From Sedimentisphaerales bacterium (lineage in GTDB: Bacteria > Planctomycetota > Phycisphaerae > Sedimentisphaerales > Anaerobacaceae), in NCBI GenBank assembly GCA_050013675.1, contig JBEKEU010000006.1:84477-148476 (forward strand): a DNA stretch of 64,000 bases, given 5' to 3'. The translations under genes and the position numbers were made by a program. Within the stretch, counting starts at the first letter, position 1. Each line of letters starts with the position of its first letter. The notes beneath the pieces were generated by a model. It had not been told where the DNA came from and searched no databases. It was given only the letters and a program-made list of their open reading frames with translations. Shown piece by piece: positions 1 to 10,877 of this stretch.

Positions 1-1433
1 AGCGTATGCGATTCGGTTTGGGCCTCCACGCTCAAAGGCAAATGCACCGCCATCTGGTCACCGTCGAAGTCGGCGTTGAACCCCTTGCAAGCCAGCGGAT
101 GCAGCATTATCGCGTTGCCTTCCACCAGCACCGGCTCGAACGCCTGAACACCCATCCTGTGCAAAGTCGGCGCTCGGTTAAGCAGCACCGGGTGCTCGTG
201 AATCACCTCTTCCAGAATATCCCATATCTGCTCGCCTCGCCGCTCAATCATCTTCTTGGCGCTTTTGATGGTGTCGGCCAGCCCGCTTTGCTTGAGCCGG
301 CGGATAATGAACGGCTGATACAACTCCAGCGCAATCCGCTTCGGCAAACCGCACTGATGCAATCTCATCGTCGGCCCTACCACAATCACCGACCGAGCCG
401 AATAATCTACTCGCTTGCCAAGCAGGTTCTCTCTGAATCGACCCTGCTTGCCCTTTATCATATCGCTCAAGCTCTTCAGCGGCCTGTTATTACTTCCCAG
501 CACCGGCCTGCGGCATCTGCCGTTGTCCATCAGCGAATCCACCGCCTGCTGAAGCATTCTCTTCTCGTTGCGAATAATCACTTCCGGCGCATTCAGGTCC
601 ATCAGCTTTTTCAGCCGGTTGTTACGATTGATTATGCGCCTGTAAAGGTCGTTCAAATCACTGGTCGCAAAATTGCCGCTCTCCAAAAGCACCAAAGGAC
701 GCAAATCAGGCGGGATAACAGGAATCACCTCAAGCACCATCCATTCCGCCTTGTTGGAGCTATTCTTGATGGCATCCACCGTCTTGAGACGCTTGCTCAA
801 ATCCTTCATCCGCTGGACGCTGCTGGTCTTGCTTATCGCGGCCCGCAACTCCGTGCTGATGGCCTCCAAATCAAGCCGGGTCAGCAGGGTCTTTATCGCC
901 TCGCCACCCATCAACGCCTTGAAACTGTTGCCGTACTTGGCGGTCGCGTCGCGGTATTCATCCTCAGTAAACAACTGCCCAAGTTTGAGCGGGCTTTGCC
1001 CAGGGTCAGTAACTAAATAATCCTGATAATAGATTACCTTCTCAAGGTCCGACCCTTTCATTCCCAGAACTGTCCCTAACTGGTTCGGAACGGCCTTGAA
1101 AAACCATATATGAAGGCATGGAGCCGCAAGATTGATATGCCCCATCCTTTTACGGCGAACCCTGCTGTGCGTAACTTTCACGCCGCAGCGGTCGCAGATT
1201 ATTCCCTTATACTTCGTCCCCTTGTACTTGCCGCACGCGCATTCCCAGTCCCGCTCAGGCCCAAATATCCGTTCGCAGAAAAGCCCGTCCTTCTCCGGCC
1301 TGTAAGTCCGGTAGTTGATTGTCTCGGGCTTGCGAACCTCGCCGAATGACCAGCTGCGAATATCATTTGGACCGGCAAGCGAAATCTTGACCGAACCGTA
1401 ATCGTTTATCCGATCATAGATATTGCTTATCAT
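1..1433 (-). CDS. rpoC: DNA-directed RNA polymerase subunit beta' (N-terminal ~477 aa; continues past left edge)
   Basis: Not in ORF track because it has no stop in the window. Reverse-strand ATG at 1433 reads [33 protein letters not shown]. Zn-finger [14 protein letters not shown] and catalytic [16 protein letters not shown] were read by hand at 77-30. Lies directly downstream of rpoB. Confidence 0.95.
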   Translation of the reverse strand, partial: MISNIYDRINDYGSVKISLAGPNDIRSWSFGEVRKPETINYRTYRPEKDGLFCERIFGPERDWECACGKYKGTKYKGIICDRCGVKVTHSRVRRKRMGHINLAAPCLHIWFFKAVPNQLGTVLGMKGSDLEKVIYYQDYLVTDPGQSPLKLGQLFTEDEYRDATAKYGNSFKALMGGEAIKTLLTRLDLEAISTELRAAISKTSSVQRMKDLSKRLKTVDAIKNSSNKAEWMVLEVIPVIPPDLRPLVLLESGNFATSDLNDLYRRIINRNNRLKKLMDLNAPEVIIRNEKRMLQQAVDSLMDNGRCRRPVLGSNNRPLKSLSDMIKGKQGRFRENLLGKRVDYSARSVIVVGPTMRLHQCGLPKRIALELYQPFIIRRLKQSGLADTIKSAKKMIERRGEQIWDILEEVIHEHPVLLNRAPTLHRMGVQAFEPVLVEGNAIMLHPLACKGFNADFDGDQMAVHLPLSVEAQTESHT

Positions 1434-1521
1434 TTATCTCTGGCTCCTTTTTATCCGCCCGTGGCGGAAACGACCCAATTACCCATATAACCAACAAGGG
1501 TTTCACGACCACCTGTCGAAT

Positions 1522-4500
1522 TTACAAAACAGTACTTCCCAGCCGCTTCTTCTCAAGCTGGATGTTCAAACCCAACCCTCTTATTTCATTGCACAGCACG
1601 TCAAACGAAAGCGGCGTCCCCGCCTCGAGGGTATTTCGTCCCTTAACCATCGACTCGTATATCTTGGTCCGGCCCTCAACATCGTCGCTCTTGACGGTCA
1701 ACATCTCCTGCAGCGTATAAGCCGCACCATAACCCTCCAGAGCCCATACTTCCATTTCGCCGAACCTCTGTCCGCCCGTCCGTGCCTTGCCGCCTAACGG
1801 CTGCTGAGTTATCAAACTGTATGGACCCGTCGAACGCGCGTGAATCTTGTCGTCCACCAGGTGATGCAGCTTCATTATATAAATGTATCCAATCGTCGCC
1901 TGCTGGTCGAACGGCTCGCCCGTCCGCCCGTCATACAACTGCGTCTTCAGCGACTTGGGAACCCGAACGAAAAGCTCCGCGTCAGAGGGCGCCTGATTCG
2001 CCTTCTCAAGCTCAATCTTTCGCCGACTCATTAATTCGTTGGCCTCTTCGGTCAGTTGCTCGATGTCCTGCTCCTTGGCGCCGTCGAAAACAGGCGTAAC
2101 CGCCGTAAATCCCAGCGCCTTCGCCACCCAGCCGAGGTGCGTCTCAAGAATCTGCCCTACGTTCATTCTACTCGGCACCCCCAGCGGGTTGAGCAGTATG
2201 TCAAGTGCCGTGCCATCCTCAAGGAACGGCATATCCTCTTCGGGCAGTATCTTCGCAATAACGCCCTTGTTGCCGTGGCGACCCGCAATCTTGTCTCCAA
2301 TCGACATAGTGCGCTTGGTCGCGACATATACTTTGACCATTTCTATCACGCCGCTGGGCAACTCGTCGCCGTGCTTCAGCCGTTCAACACGCTTTTTGCC
2401 TTCCTCCTCAAGGGCCTTGATTTTCTCAAGAAACTTGTCCGCAAGTTTTTCCACCTTCTCACGCATCGCGGCCGGCTTGACCCATTTGAGGTCCCAGTTT
2501 ACAACCTGTTCGTAAACGACCTCGTCATCCTCGCTGACACCGACTTTCTGTCTGCTGGACGGGTCAATAATATCGACCTCGAACTTCTCATGAATCGCGG
2601 CCACCATTTGCCTGAATATCGCGCACTGCTTCGTCCTTATATCCTTTTCGAACTCTCTTATCTGGGCATTCAGCGCCTTTTTGCCTTCCTCGCCGCCTGC
2701 TCCCCGCCGAACAAACCGTTCGGTCTTGATTACAAACCCTTCATAACCATTGGGCAGTTCAAGTGAATCGTTCTTCACATCTTCGCCTGCCCTGCCGAAT
2801 ATCGCGTGCAGCAGCTTTTCCTCCGGCGTAAGCTCGGTCTTGCCCTTCGGCACAACCTTACCCACCAGAATATCGCCCGGCTGTACCCTCGTGCCCTCGA
2901 ACACCACGCCATGCTCATCGAGATTACGCAACGCCTTTTCGCTGACATTTGGAATATCGCCGGTGAATTCTTCCTTGCCCAGCGGCGTTTCGCGTATCTC
3001 AGCGTCAAACTCATTGATATGAATGCTTGTGAAACTGTCGTTCTTGACTAACCGCTCACTGACAATTATCGCGTCCTCGAAGTTGAACCCCTCGTAAGAC
3101 ATAAAACCGACCAGCACGTTTCTGCCCAGAGCCAGCACGCCATCTACAGTCCCCCCGCCGTCGGCCAGCGTCTGGTCCTTCTCAACCCTCTGTCCCAGCT
3201 TTACAACCGGCTTTTGATTAAGACACGTCCGCTCGTTTAATCCGAAGTACTTCTCCAGTTTATATTCATCCGTATGATTGATGACGACCTTGGTGGCATC
3301 GACGGCGGTAACCGTTCCCGCTTTTTGCGCACGAACAGCCATACTCGAATACCGCCCCGCCATCTCCTCCATACCCGTCTGGACCAGAGGCGGCTCGCAC
3401 CTCAGCAAAGGCACCGCCTGCCGCTGCATATTCGAACCCATCAGCGCTCTGTTCGCGTCGTCGTGCTCGAGGAACGGTATCAGCGCAGCCGACAAACCCA
3501 CAATCTGCTTGGGCGAGACGTCAACGTAGTTGACCTCCTCGTGCGAGACCTGTGCAAGCTCCCCTCGCTGCCGTGCCAGCGCCATTCCCTCACGTATCTT
3601 GCCCGTCTCAGGTTCCACCGCGCTGGGCGGAGCGAATATCGCTTTCATTTCCTCATCTGCCCGCAGGAAGACGACATTATTGGTTACCTTGCCCTTTTCG
3701 ACCTTGTAATAAGGCGACAGCAGGAAACCGTATTCGTCAACCGTGGCGAATATCGCTAATGAACTGATAAGACCGATGTTTGTGCCTTCGGGCGTCTCGA
3801 CCGGGCATATCCTGCCGTAGTGGCTGATATGCACGTCGCGGACCTCGAAGCCCGCGCGCCTTCTGTTCAACCCGCCGGGTCCAAGCGCCGACAACCGTCT
3901 CTCGTGCGTCAACTGGCTTAGCGCATTGGTCTGGTCCACTATCTGGCTCAACTCTCCGCGCCCGAAGAAAAAGTTGATGCTGCTCGACACGCTCTTCGAG
4001 TTGACCAGGTCCGCTATCCGCAGGGGCTGCTCGCCTTCCTTCATCGTGCTCATTCGTTCCTGCACGGTCTTGCGAAGTTTCAAAAGCCCCTTGCGAATTT
4101 CGCCGCCGGCCAGTTCGTCAATAGTCCTAAGCCGGCGATTACCCAAATGGTCGATATCGTCAACCTCGCCCTTGTTATTCCGCAGCCCGATTATGTAGTT
4201 CACCGCATTGATGAAATCCTCGGCCCGCAGCGTCATCTCGGTAAGGCCGACGTTTTGCCCGAACTTGCGGTTCAGCCGGAACCTGCCAACCTTGCCCAGC
4301 CGGTACCGGTTTACGTCAAAAAACTTCTCGTTGAAGAACTGGTTGGCCTTTTCCTGGTTGGCCGGATTACCGGGCCGCAACCTGACGTAAAACTTCAACA
4401 ACGCCTGCTCGTGGCTCTTGCAGTCATCTTCCGCAAGCGTATTGAACACCAGCGCATCACACGTACCCTCGACAACCTCGATACGCTTTATTTCGCTTTG

Positions 4501-5280
4501 CTGAATAATCGAAACCTTGTCGCCTATCTGAGCGCCCGCCTTTACGATTATCTCGCCGCTTTCGGTATCGACGATGTCACGCACCACCCACATATCGGGT
4601 GTCAGCTTGTTCTTCTGGACCTCTTTGGTCTCGTAAAACCGCCTGATTATCTGTTCGGTCTCACTGAAATCAGCGCTTAACGCACGCAGGAAAATCGTCG
4701 CGGGAATCTTGCTCGACTGGTCGATTTTAACCACCAGCACGTCCTTGTGCGTAACGCTTATCTCTATCCAGCTTCCGCGTTCCGGGATAATTCTGCCGCC
4801 GTGCAATATGCGGTCGCCTTCCTTGCTCTCGACCAGAAAATCAACGCCGGGGCTTCTGTGCAGCTGGCTTACGATAACCCGCTCGGCGCCGTTGATGACA
4901 AACTCGCCGCCGCCGATCATCACAGGTATTTCGCCCAGATATATTGCCTGCTCAGCTATGTCCTGCCCGTCCTTGTTGCGAAGCCGGCATGTTATCTTCA
5001 GGGGATACCCGTATGTCAGACGCAACTGCCGGCATTCGTTTACGTTGTACCGGGGCTGCTCAAGCTCGTAAAAAAGATACTCCAGTATCATCCCTTTGTC
5101 ATAGCTTTCTACCGGAAAGGTTTCGCGAAACAACTCTTCCAGCCCCTTGCGCGCACGCTTCGTCGGGGCGACGTCCCTTTGCAAAAACTCGTCGTAGCCC
5201 TTCCTCTGTATGACCACAAGGTCAGGGATTGCAACCTTCTCGCGCATTTTGCCGAAATTACGAACTTTCAATTCAGCCAT
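1522..5280 (-). CDS. rpoB: DNA-directed RNA polymerase subunit beta
   Basis: 1252-aa ORF with hallmark motifs ([36 protein letters not shown]). Operon position between rplL and rpoC. Confidence 0.98.
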   Translation of the reverse strand: MAELKVRNFGKMREKVAIPDLVVIQRKGYDEFLQRDVAPTKRARKGLEELFRETFPVESYDKGMILEYLFYELEQPRYNVNECRQLRLTYGYPLKITCRLRNKDGQDIAEQAIYLGEIPVMIGGGEFVINGAERVIVSQLHRSPGVDFLVESKEGDRILHGGRIIPERGSWIEISVTHKDVLVVKIDQSSKIPATIFLRALSADFSETEQIIRRFYETKEVQKNKLTPDMWVVRDIVDTESGEIIVKAGAQIGDKVSIIQQSEIKRIEVVEGTCDALVFNTLAEDDCKSHEQALLKFYVRLRPGNPANQEKANQFFNEKFFDVNRYRLGKVGRFRLNRKFGQNVGLTEMTLRAEDFINAVNYIIGLRNNKGEVDDIDHLGNRRLRTIDELAGGEIRKGLLKLRKTVQERMSTMKEGEQPLRIADLVNSKSVSSSINFFFGRGELSQIVDQTNALSQLTHERRLSALGPGGLNRRRAGFEVRDVHISHYGRICPVETPEGTNIGLISSLAIFATVDEYGFLLSPYYKVEKGKVTNNVVFLRADEEMKAIFAPPSAVEPETGKIREGMALARQRGELAQVSHEEVNYVDVSPKQIVGLSAALIPFLEHDDANRALMGSNMQRQAVPLLRCEPPLVQTGMEEMAGRYSSMAVRAQKAGTVTAVDATKVVINHTDEYKLEKYFGLNERTCLNQKPVVKLGQRVEKDQTLADGGGTVDGVLALGRNVLVGFMSYEGFNFEDAIIVSERLVKNDSFTSIHINEFDAEIRETPLGKEEFTGDIPNVSEKALRNLDEHGVVFEGTRVQPGDILVGKVVPKGKTELTPEEKLLHAIFGRAGEDVKNDSLELPNGYEGFVIKTERFVRRGAGGEEGKKALNAQIREFEKDIRTKQCAIFRQMVAAIHEKFEVDIIDPSSRQKVGVSEDDEVVYEQVVNWDLKWVKPAAMREKVEKLADKFLEKIKALEEEGKKRVERLKHGDELPSGVIEMVKVYVATKRTMSIGDKIAGRHGNKGVIAKILPEEDMPFLEDGTALDILLNPLGVPSRMNVGQILETHLGWVAKALGFTAVTPVFDGAKEQDIEQLTEEANELMSRRKIELEKANQAPSDAELFVRVPKSLKTQLYDGRTGEPFDQQATIGYIYIMKLHHLVDDKIHARSTGPYSLITQQPLGGKARTGGQRFGEMEVWALEGYGAAYTLQEMLTVKSDDVEGRTKIYESMVKGRNTLEAGTPLSFDVLCNEIRGLGLNIQLEKKRLGSTVL

Positions 5281-5360
5281 TTTTCAGTCCCGAATTAAAC
5301 GGCAACTTTTACACTGCCCGATTACTGTCTTTAGCCCCCTTCGGGGCACATTTACATCCG

Positions 5361-5771
5361 TTAGGCGATTTCTACCGTTGCTCCCGCGCTTTCGAGCTGC
5401 TTCTTGGCGGCCTCCGCCTCATCCTTGCTAATCCCGGTTTTGACCGGCTTGGGAGCACCATCAACCAGGTCTTTTGCTTCTTTGAGTCCCAGTGATGTCA
5501 ATGCTCTGACTTCCTTGATGACCTGAATCTTCTTGTCGCCGGCTGCCTTGAGGATAACGTCAAACATCGTCTTCTCAGGGGCCGCCTCAGCCGCTGCTGC
5601 CGCCGGGCCGGCCATCATTACCGCGCCGCCAGCCGCCGGCTCTATGCCGTACTCTTCCTTAAGATAATCGCCAAGCTCCTTGGCCTGCATCAGCGTCAGT
5701 TTGACTATCGCGTCGCCAAGTTTCTTTGTTTCGTCGCTCCAGCTTTTTGCCTGTTTTGTTTCTTCTGACAT
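5361..5771 (-). CDS. rplL: 50S ribosomal protein L7/L12
   Basis: 136 aa with Ala-rich hinge and C-terminal [29 protein letters not shown]. Confidence 0.95.
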   Translation of the reverse strand: MSEETKQAKSWSDETKKLGDAIVKLTLMQAKELGDYLKEEYGIEPAAGGAVMMAGPAAAAAEAAPEKTMFDVILKAAGDKKIQVIKEVRALTSLGLKEAKDLVDGAPKPVKTGISKDEAEAAKKQLESAGATVEIA

Positions 5772-5887
5772 GTTCGTTGAACTCCTATATCGAATTGCCC
5801 GATGGTAGCCGGGACTACGCCGTCCCGTTTAACTCCATGCTCGGAGGCAGCCACCTGAGCCGTTTGTATTCGTTTTTAAGATACCCC

Positions 5888-6430
5888 TTATGCGGCCTGT
5901 TTGTCCGCGCTTTCGCCTTTGTCCGTAATCGTCTTTATGCAGCCGGCTATTCTCCCGGCAGGTCCGCCAATCGCCCCGGCCAATCTCGCCGCCGGCGACT
6001 TGACCAACATAATAATCCTGCCCTGCAATTCCACCCGGCTCGGCATCTTCGAAAGCCCCGTGGCGCCCTTGCTGTCCAGTGCATCGCCTTCAAGATATGC
6101 GCCTTTTATATGAATCGCCGGCACCTTGCCAACCCAGTTGCTCAATTCCTTGGCCGTATCAACTATGCTGTCGCCGCCGTATGCGACCACGCAAGGCCCA
6201 ACGAAAAGCGACGCCGCTGATTCCATCTTCAGCTTCGTCAGTGTCCTTTTCATAAGGGCATTCTTAACGACCAATAGTTTAATGCCCTTGCTCTTGAGCG
6301 CCCCTCGCATCACGTTATTCTCAACGCCGTTTACATTCTGCGTGCTGATAACGATAAAATCGGTAACCTTTTCGCTAACGATTCTTTTTTCCAGCTCCGA
6401 ACACAGTAAATCTTTTACGAACTTGCTCAT
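5888..6430 (-). CDS. rplJ: 50S ribosomal protein L10
   Basis: 180 aa, located between rplA and rplL. L10-like sequence and conserved operon order. Confidence 0.92.
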   Translation of the reverse strand: MSKFVKDLLCSELEKRIVSEKVTDFIVISTQNVNGVENNVMRGALKSKGIKLLVVKNALMKRTLTKLKMESAASLFVGPCVVAYGGDSIVDTAKELSNWVGKVPAIHIKGAYLEGDALDSKGATGLSKMPSRVELQGRIIMLVKSPAARLAGAIGGPAGRIAGCIKTITDKGESADKQAA

Positions 6431-6506
6431 ATTTTCACCTGCCTGATTTTTTCACAAACGCGTTACGTGCAGCTAATCTCTGCGCACAACAAAAGTCCAA
6501 ATCCGC

Positions 6507-7187
6507 CTATACGGCAATCAACACGCCCGGGCTCATCGCCGCGTGGATACTGATCTTCTTTATATAAGTTCCTTTTGAGCTAATCGGCTTAATCTTCTTG
6601 ATATGCGCTATAACCGCGTCGATGTTGTCTATCAGTTTCTGTGCGTCAAAACTCACCTTGCCGACCACAACGTGGACGTTTCCGCCCGTGTCGTTTTTGA
6701 ATTCGACCTTTCCCGCTGCGAACTCACGCACCGCGGTAGCGACGTCTGCCGTAACCGTGCCGTTTTTCGGCGAGGGCATCTTGCCCTGCGGACCAAGAAC
6801 TCGGCCCAGCTTGCCTACCTTGCCCATAACCTTCGTTGAGGCAATCGCCACGTCGAAATCCGACCAGCCCGCTGTTACCTTGGCAACCAGCTCGTCAACG
6901 CCTACCTCAATAGCGCCCGCCTGCTTTGCCGCTTCCGCATCAGCCCCCTCGCAGAATGCAATGACCTTCTTCTGCTGACCTATCCCGTGAGGCAGCGATA
7001 TCGCGCCGCGGATAATCTGGTCCGACTGCTTCGGGTCGATACCAAGCCAGAATATGCACTGAATCGTCTGGTCAAACTTCGTTGAGTTAAACGTCTTAAC
7101 CTTCGCCACCGCATCAGCCAAACTGACCGGCGTCTCGCTGACCTGCTCTGCCTCTTTGCGGTATCTTTTGCCTCTGCTGATTATCAT
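6507..7187 (-). CDS. rplA: 50S ribosomal protein L1
   Basis: 226 aa. LGPQGKMPSPKNGTVT and AGKVEFKNDTGGNVHVVVGKVSF are L1 signatures. Confidence 0.95.
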   Translation of the reverse strand: MIISRGKRYRKEAEQVSETPVSLADAVAKVKTFNSTKFDQTIQCIFWLGIDPKQSDQIIRGAISLPHGIGQQKKVIAFCEGADAEAAKQAGAIEVGVDELVAKVTAGWSDFDVAIASTKVMGKVGKLGRVLGPQGKMPSPKNGTVTADVATAVREFAAGKVEFKNDTGGNVHVVVGKVSFDAQKLIDNIDAVIAHIKKIKPISSKGTYIKKISIHAAMSPGVLIAV

Positions 7188-7226
7188 AATTTTTATGTCT
7201 CGAATCGCCTTTGGTTTACTTTTCTA

Positions 7227-7682
7227 TTAGTCCACAACCTCAACACCCATACTCCTCGCGGTGCCGCGGATAATTTTCTCCGCCTGCTCCAAACTGTACG
7301 CATTGAGGTCCTTGATTTTTGTCTGTGCAATCTGGCGCACCTGTTCAGCCGTAACCTTGCCCACTTTTTCCTTGTTCGGCACGCCGCTGCCCTTGGCCAC
7401 ACCCGCCGCCTGTTTCAACAACACGGCCGCCGGCGGACTTTTCACCTCAAAGGTAAATGTCTTGTCCGTATAAACCGTTATCACGACAGGCACCGTCGTC
7501 CCGTTAAGCTCTTTTGTCCGCTCATTGAACTGGGAGACAAACTGCCCGATATTGACGCCATGCTGGCCAAGCGCAGGGCCAATCGGAGGGGCCGGCGTCG
7601 CCTGCCCGCCGGGCGCCTGCAACTTTATCTTGACCATTACCTCTTTAACGCCGCCTTTTGCTGCTGGTTTTGCTTTTGCCAT
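7227..7682 (-). CDS. rplK: 50S ribosomal protein L11
   Basis: 151 aa. [16 protein letters not shown] motif. Confidence 0.95.
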   Translation of the reverse strand: MAKAKPAAKGGVKEVMVKIKLQAPGGQATPAPPIGPALGQHGVNIGQFVSQFNERTKELNGTTVPVVITVYTDKTFTFEVKSPPAAVLLKQAAGVAKGSGVPNKEKVGKVTAEQVRQIAQTKIKDLNAYSLEQAEKIIRGTARSMGVEVVD

Positions 7683-7726
7683 TATTCAACCTCAAAACAG
7701 GCACTGCCATCGCCGCTGAACCGGCT

Positions 7727-8269
7727 TCACACCTTCTCAATCTGCCAATACTCTATATCCAGCGGCGTGCTTCGCCCGAATATCTCCACTATCACTTTTA
7801 CAATACCTCTGTCCTGGTCGATCGCCTCAACTATCCCCTCAAAACTCTCGAACGGCCCTTCACGAATCTTAATCTGGTCGCCCTTCTTGAAGTCCACCTT
7901 GATGCTCGGCGCTTCCTCCGGTTTTTCGACCTCCTGCATCATCTTCGAGACGTCGGTGTCCCGCATCGCCGTCGGAATACCCTCCGTGCCAACAAAATCG
8001 CCGACGCCGGGAATCTCTTTTATTACAAACCACGCCCTTTCAGGCACCTTACCGCCCTCGGCGGCCTCCATCTCCACAAAAACGTAGCCGGGGTACAACT
8101 TGCGCTTGTGCACGGTCTGCTTGTTGCCGCGAACTTTCTTGACTCTCTCGACGGGAACTTCTATCCTGCCGATAATGTCAGTCAGACCGGCCGCATTGAC
8201 CTTCTGCGAAAGCACCTCTTTTACGTGCATCTCCTTATTGGATGCAACTCTCAGCACGTACCATTTCAT
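7727..8269 (-). CDS. nusG: transcription termination/antitermination factor NusG
   Basis: Start trimmed to ATG at 8269 (MKWYVLRV..., the canonical NusG N-terminus). KOW-like C-terminus. Lies between secE and rplK. Confidence 0.92.
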   Translation of the reverse strand: MKWYVLRVASNKEMHVKEVLSQKVNAAGLTDIIGRIEVPVERVKKVRGNKQTVHKRKLYPGYVFVEMEAAEGGKVPERAWFVIKEIPGVGDFVGTEGIPTAMRDTDVSKMMQEVEKPEEAPSIKVDFKKGDQIKIREGPFESFEGIVEAIDQDRGIVKVIVEIFGRSTPLDIEYWQIEKV

Positions 8270-8326
8270 CAAAACGCCCCGACTCAATAACATAATATGC
8301 TCTGAAACCCGGCTTGCGTCCGCTTT

Positions 8327-8710
8327 TTACTGCACCAGCCATGTTACAGACAACTGAAGAACATAATCCGAGACACCAAGCAGCACCGCCAGGATAATCA
8401 CAACCGAAATCACAACAACCGTCGAAACCACCACTTCTTGTCTGGTGGACCAGTTGACTTTTTTCATCTCGCCTTCGGCGGAAATCATAAAGTCCGCGAT
8501 GTTGGGCTTGTTAACCATCCACATCATCAACACGGACAGGGCGATAAACAGCCCGACCGGCACCATTGTCTCAACCCACAAACCGATGTCCGCCGCATCA
8601 AGTGTTCGGTAAAGCTGTAAACACCCGATCGCCACTATCGCCGCGCCGCCTAATGCGCTAACCATCCGCGTATATCTGCCCTGGCCACGCTTATAAACAC
8701 TCAAACCCAT
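8327..8710 (-). CDS. secE: preprotein translocase subunit SecE (long, multi-TM form)
   Basis: 127 aa with three hydrophobic segments, in the conserved position between tRNA-Trp and nusG. Confidence 0.75.
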   Translation of the reverse strand: MGLSVYKRGQGRYTRMVSALGGAAIVAIGCLQLYRTLDAADIGLWVETMVPVGLFIALSVLMMWMVNKPNIADFMISAEGEMKKVNWSTRQEVVVSTVVVISVVIILAVLLGVSDYVLQLSVTWLVQ

Positions 8711-8830
8711 AATGCACCCGAATCCTTGCCTGACTGCTTAATCGCCATCCGTGTTTTGCCCGCCATAACTCCAATGTCTTTTATCGGGACAAAGGCGAAA
8801 GCTTCGGAGCGCCGGCGACTGGCCACACAC

Positions 8831-8903
8831 CAGGCCAGAAGGGAATCGAACCCCCAACCTTCGGTTTTGGAGACCGACGCTCTGCCAATTGAGCTACTGG
8901 CCT
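8831..8903 (-). tRNA. trnW: tRNA-Trp (anticodon CCA)
   Basis: Hand-folded. Reverse strand reads AGGCCAG TA GCTC AATTGGC AGAGC G TCGGT CTCCAAA ACCGA AGGTT GGGGG TTCGATT CCCTT CTGGCCT G. Acceptor stem pairs perfectly, T-loop is TTCGATT, anticodon loop is CT-CCA-AA. CCA end is not encoded. Confidence 0.9.
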
Positions 8904-8931
8904 ATCATTTGCTCTTTGCACCAAACCCGTT

Positions 8932-9099
8932 TTATTTCCGCTTCAGCTTGTGAATCGTATGCTTGCGTTCAAACTTACAGAACTTCTTCAACTCCAGTTT
9001 GGGGGAGCCGTCAGCCACACTGATGTTGGTTCGATAGTTGCGCTGCCCGCAGTCCTTGCACTCAAGCCAGACGTTTTCCCTTTTGCTTTTTTTAGCCAT
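8932..9099 (-). CDS. rpmG: 50S ribosomal protein L33
   Basis: 55-aa ORF below the track cutoff, read by hand: MAKKSKRENVWLECKDCGQRNYRTNISVADGSPKLELKKFCKFERKHTIHKLKRK. Canonical position between tuf and tRNA-Trp/secE. Confidence 0.9.
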   Translation of the reverse strand: MAKKSKRENVWLECKDCGQRNYRTNISVADGSPKLELKKFCKFERKHTIHKLKRK

Positions 9100-9131
9100 A
9101 CGACCCTGCTGTGCCGTCTTTTAATCGTTCA

Positions 9132-10358
9132 CTAAGCAATAACCTTGGTTACAACACCTGCTCCAACGGTCCTGCCGCCTTCTCGAATGGCAAATCGCAG
9201 GCCTTCTTCCATCGCTATGGGCGAAATAATCTCGACTTCCATCGCGATGTTATCGCCAGGCATACACATTTCCGCGGCTTTACCTTCTCTGCTCTGTATG
9301 AGCTTGACGCTGCCGGTCACGTCTGTCGTTCTGAAGTAGAACTGGGGCTTATATCCCGCGAAGAACGGCGAATGCCTTCCGCCTTCCTCTTTCGTCAGAA
9401 CGTAAACTTCCGACATGAAATGCGTGTGCGGCGTAATGCTTCCCGGCTTGGCAATGACCTGTCCGCGTTCGAGGTCTTTCTTTTCGACGCCTCTAAGCAA
9501 CAACCCGACGTTGTCGCCTGCCTGTCCTTCATTGAGCGTTTTGTTGAACATTTCCACGCCCGTAACCACGGTCTTACGAATATCCGGGGAAAGCCCGATG
9601 ATGGACACTTCTTCGCCGACCTTAACAACGCCTCTTTCAATCCTGCCCGTACCGACCGTTCCTCTGCCCTTAATGCTGAACACGTCTTCGACGGGCATAA
9701 GGAATGGCTTGTCAACTTGTCGCGGCGGAATTGGAATATACTCATCCATCGCCTTGAGCAGCTCAATTATCGGCGCGCAAGCGGGGTCATCTATCGACTT
9801 GGCGGCAAGCGCCGCAGTCGATGAACCGCGGATAATCGGGGTCGTATCACCCGGGAACTCATATTTATTCAGGAGGTCTCTTACTTCCATCTCAACCAGG
9901 TCAACAAGCTCCTTGTCATCGACCAGGTCAACCTTGTTCAGGAATACCACAATCTTCGGCACGTTTACCTGACGGGCAAGCAGTATGTGCTCGCGGGTCT
10001 GAGGCATCGGGCCGTCATAAGCGCTGACCACAAGAATTGCTCCGTCCATCTGGGCGGCGCCGGTAATCATATTCTTCACGTAATCGGCGTGGCCAGGACA
10101 GTCAACGTGGGCATAATGCCTGTTTGCTGTCATATACTCGACGTGCGCGGTCGCAATCGTCAAAATCTTTGTCGGGTCACGTCGGCCCTGCGACTCCGAG
10201 GCTTTGGCTATGTCATCATAGCTCTTAAACTTAGAAAATCCCTGCAGTTCCATTACCTTCGTCATCGCCGACGTCAGCGTCGTCTTGCCATGGTCGACGT
10301 GTCCAATCGTTCCGACGTTGACGTGGGGCTTCGTTCTCTCAAATACCGCCTTAGCCAT
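9132..10358 (-). CDS. tuf: translation elongation factor Tu
   Basis: Start trimmed to ATG at 10358 ([28 protein letters not shown]). GGAGG lies upstream. The track start at 10376 is a TTG. Confidence 0.98.
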   Translation of the reverse strand: MAKAVFERTKPHVNVGTIGHVDHGKTTLTSAMTKVMELQGFSKFKSYDDIAKASESQGRRDPTKILTIATAHVEYMTANRHYAHVDCPGHADYVKNMITGAAQMDGAILVVSAYDGPMPQTREHILLARQVNVPKIVVFLNKVDLVDDKELVDLVEMEVRDLLNKYEFPGDTTPIIRGSSTAALAAKSIDDPACAPIIELLKAMDEYIPIPPRQVDKPFLMPVEDVFSIKGRGTVGTGRIERGVVKVGEEVSIIGLSPDIRKTVVTGVEMFNKTLNEGQAGDNVGLLLRGVEKKDLERGQVIAKPGSITPHTHFMSEVYVLTKEEGGRHSPFFAGYKPQFYFRTTDVTGSVKLIQSREGKAAEMCMPGDNIAMEVEIISPIAMEEGLRFAIREGGRTVGAGVVTKVIA

Positions 10359-10509
10359 GGTTATATGAACCTCCAATCAGCACTTTCATTTCCTTGTTCC
10401 TGTTTCCCGATGTAACATCGCTTTAAATTAAACTGACTCTTATAGAATCAACTTCCAGCCAAGCCCGGCCCTGTTCCTGCCGTTGCCTCGGCCCGAAATA
10501 TCTGCACTT

Positions 10510-10582
10510 AGCTGCTGATGGGAATTGAACCCATGACCTCGTCCTTACCAAGGACGCACTCTACCTACTGAGCTACAGCAGC
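10510..10582 (-). tRNA. trnT: tRNA-Thr (anticodon GGU)
   Basis: Hand-folded. Reverse strand reads GCTGCTG TA GCTC AGTAGGT AGAGT G CGTCC TTGGTAA GGACG AGGTC ATGGG TTCAATT CCCAT CAGCAGC T. Located upstream of tuf, as in many bacteria. Confidence 0.9.
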
Positions 10583-10877
10583 AATATCAAAACACACGCT
10601 CTGTGCTGCGCAAAAACACAGGCGGGAACTAAAAACAGTCCCCACGCTCAGCCGCAGGCCTCAAAACCACGCCGTCTTTGCACAACAAATCCTGCACTGA
10701 CAGCCAAACAAACGTCATTAATCTAATTGTGAGTAGGGTAGTTTACAAAAATCCGGGTCAACCTGCAAACATAAAAAAATAAAAAATGTAATTTTTTTTA
10801 CCCCCCTCATATAGGCCGTCTTTTTTAGAAGGCCGTTAACAGCCACCCCCGCAAAATCAACGCCTTTATCAGTATTG

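Noticed and set aside
6-1016. 336-aa plus-strand ORF at the left edge
   Set aside because: Antisense to the hand-verified rpoC reading frame ([12 protein letters not shown] and the Zn-finger are read on the minus strand). Arg/His/Leu-rich composition is typical of a GC-rich shadow ORF.
2056-5298. Series of 120-236-aa plus-strand ORFs (e.g. 2056-2766, 4147-4680, 4747-5298)
   Set aside because: All lie inside and antisense to rpoB. There are no motifs, and they are shadow frames of a highly conserved gene.
9111-9972. 237-aa and 185-aa plus-strand ORFs
   Set aside because: Antisense to tuf.
10583-10877. Additional tRNAs (Tyr/Gly) upstream of tRNA-Thr, as in the E. coli thrU-tyrU-glyT-thrT-tufB operon
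   Set aside because: No T-loop (GGTTCGAAT-like) or acceptor-stem pairing was found by eye. The region is AT-rich spacer.
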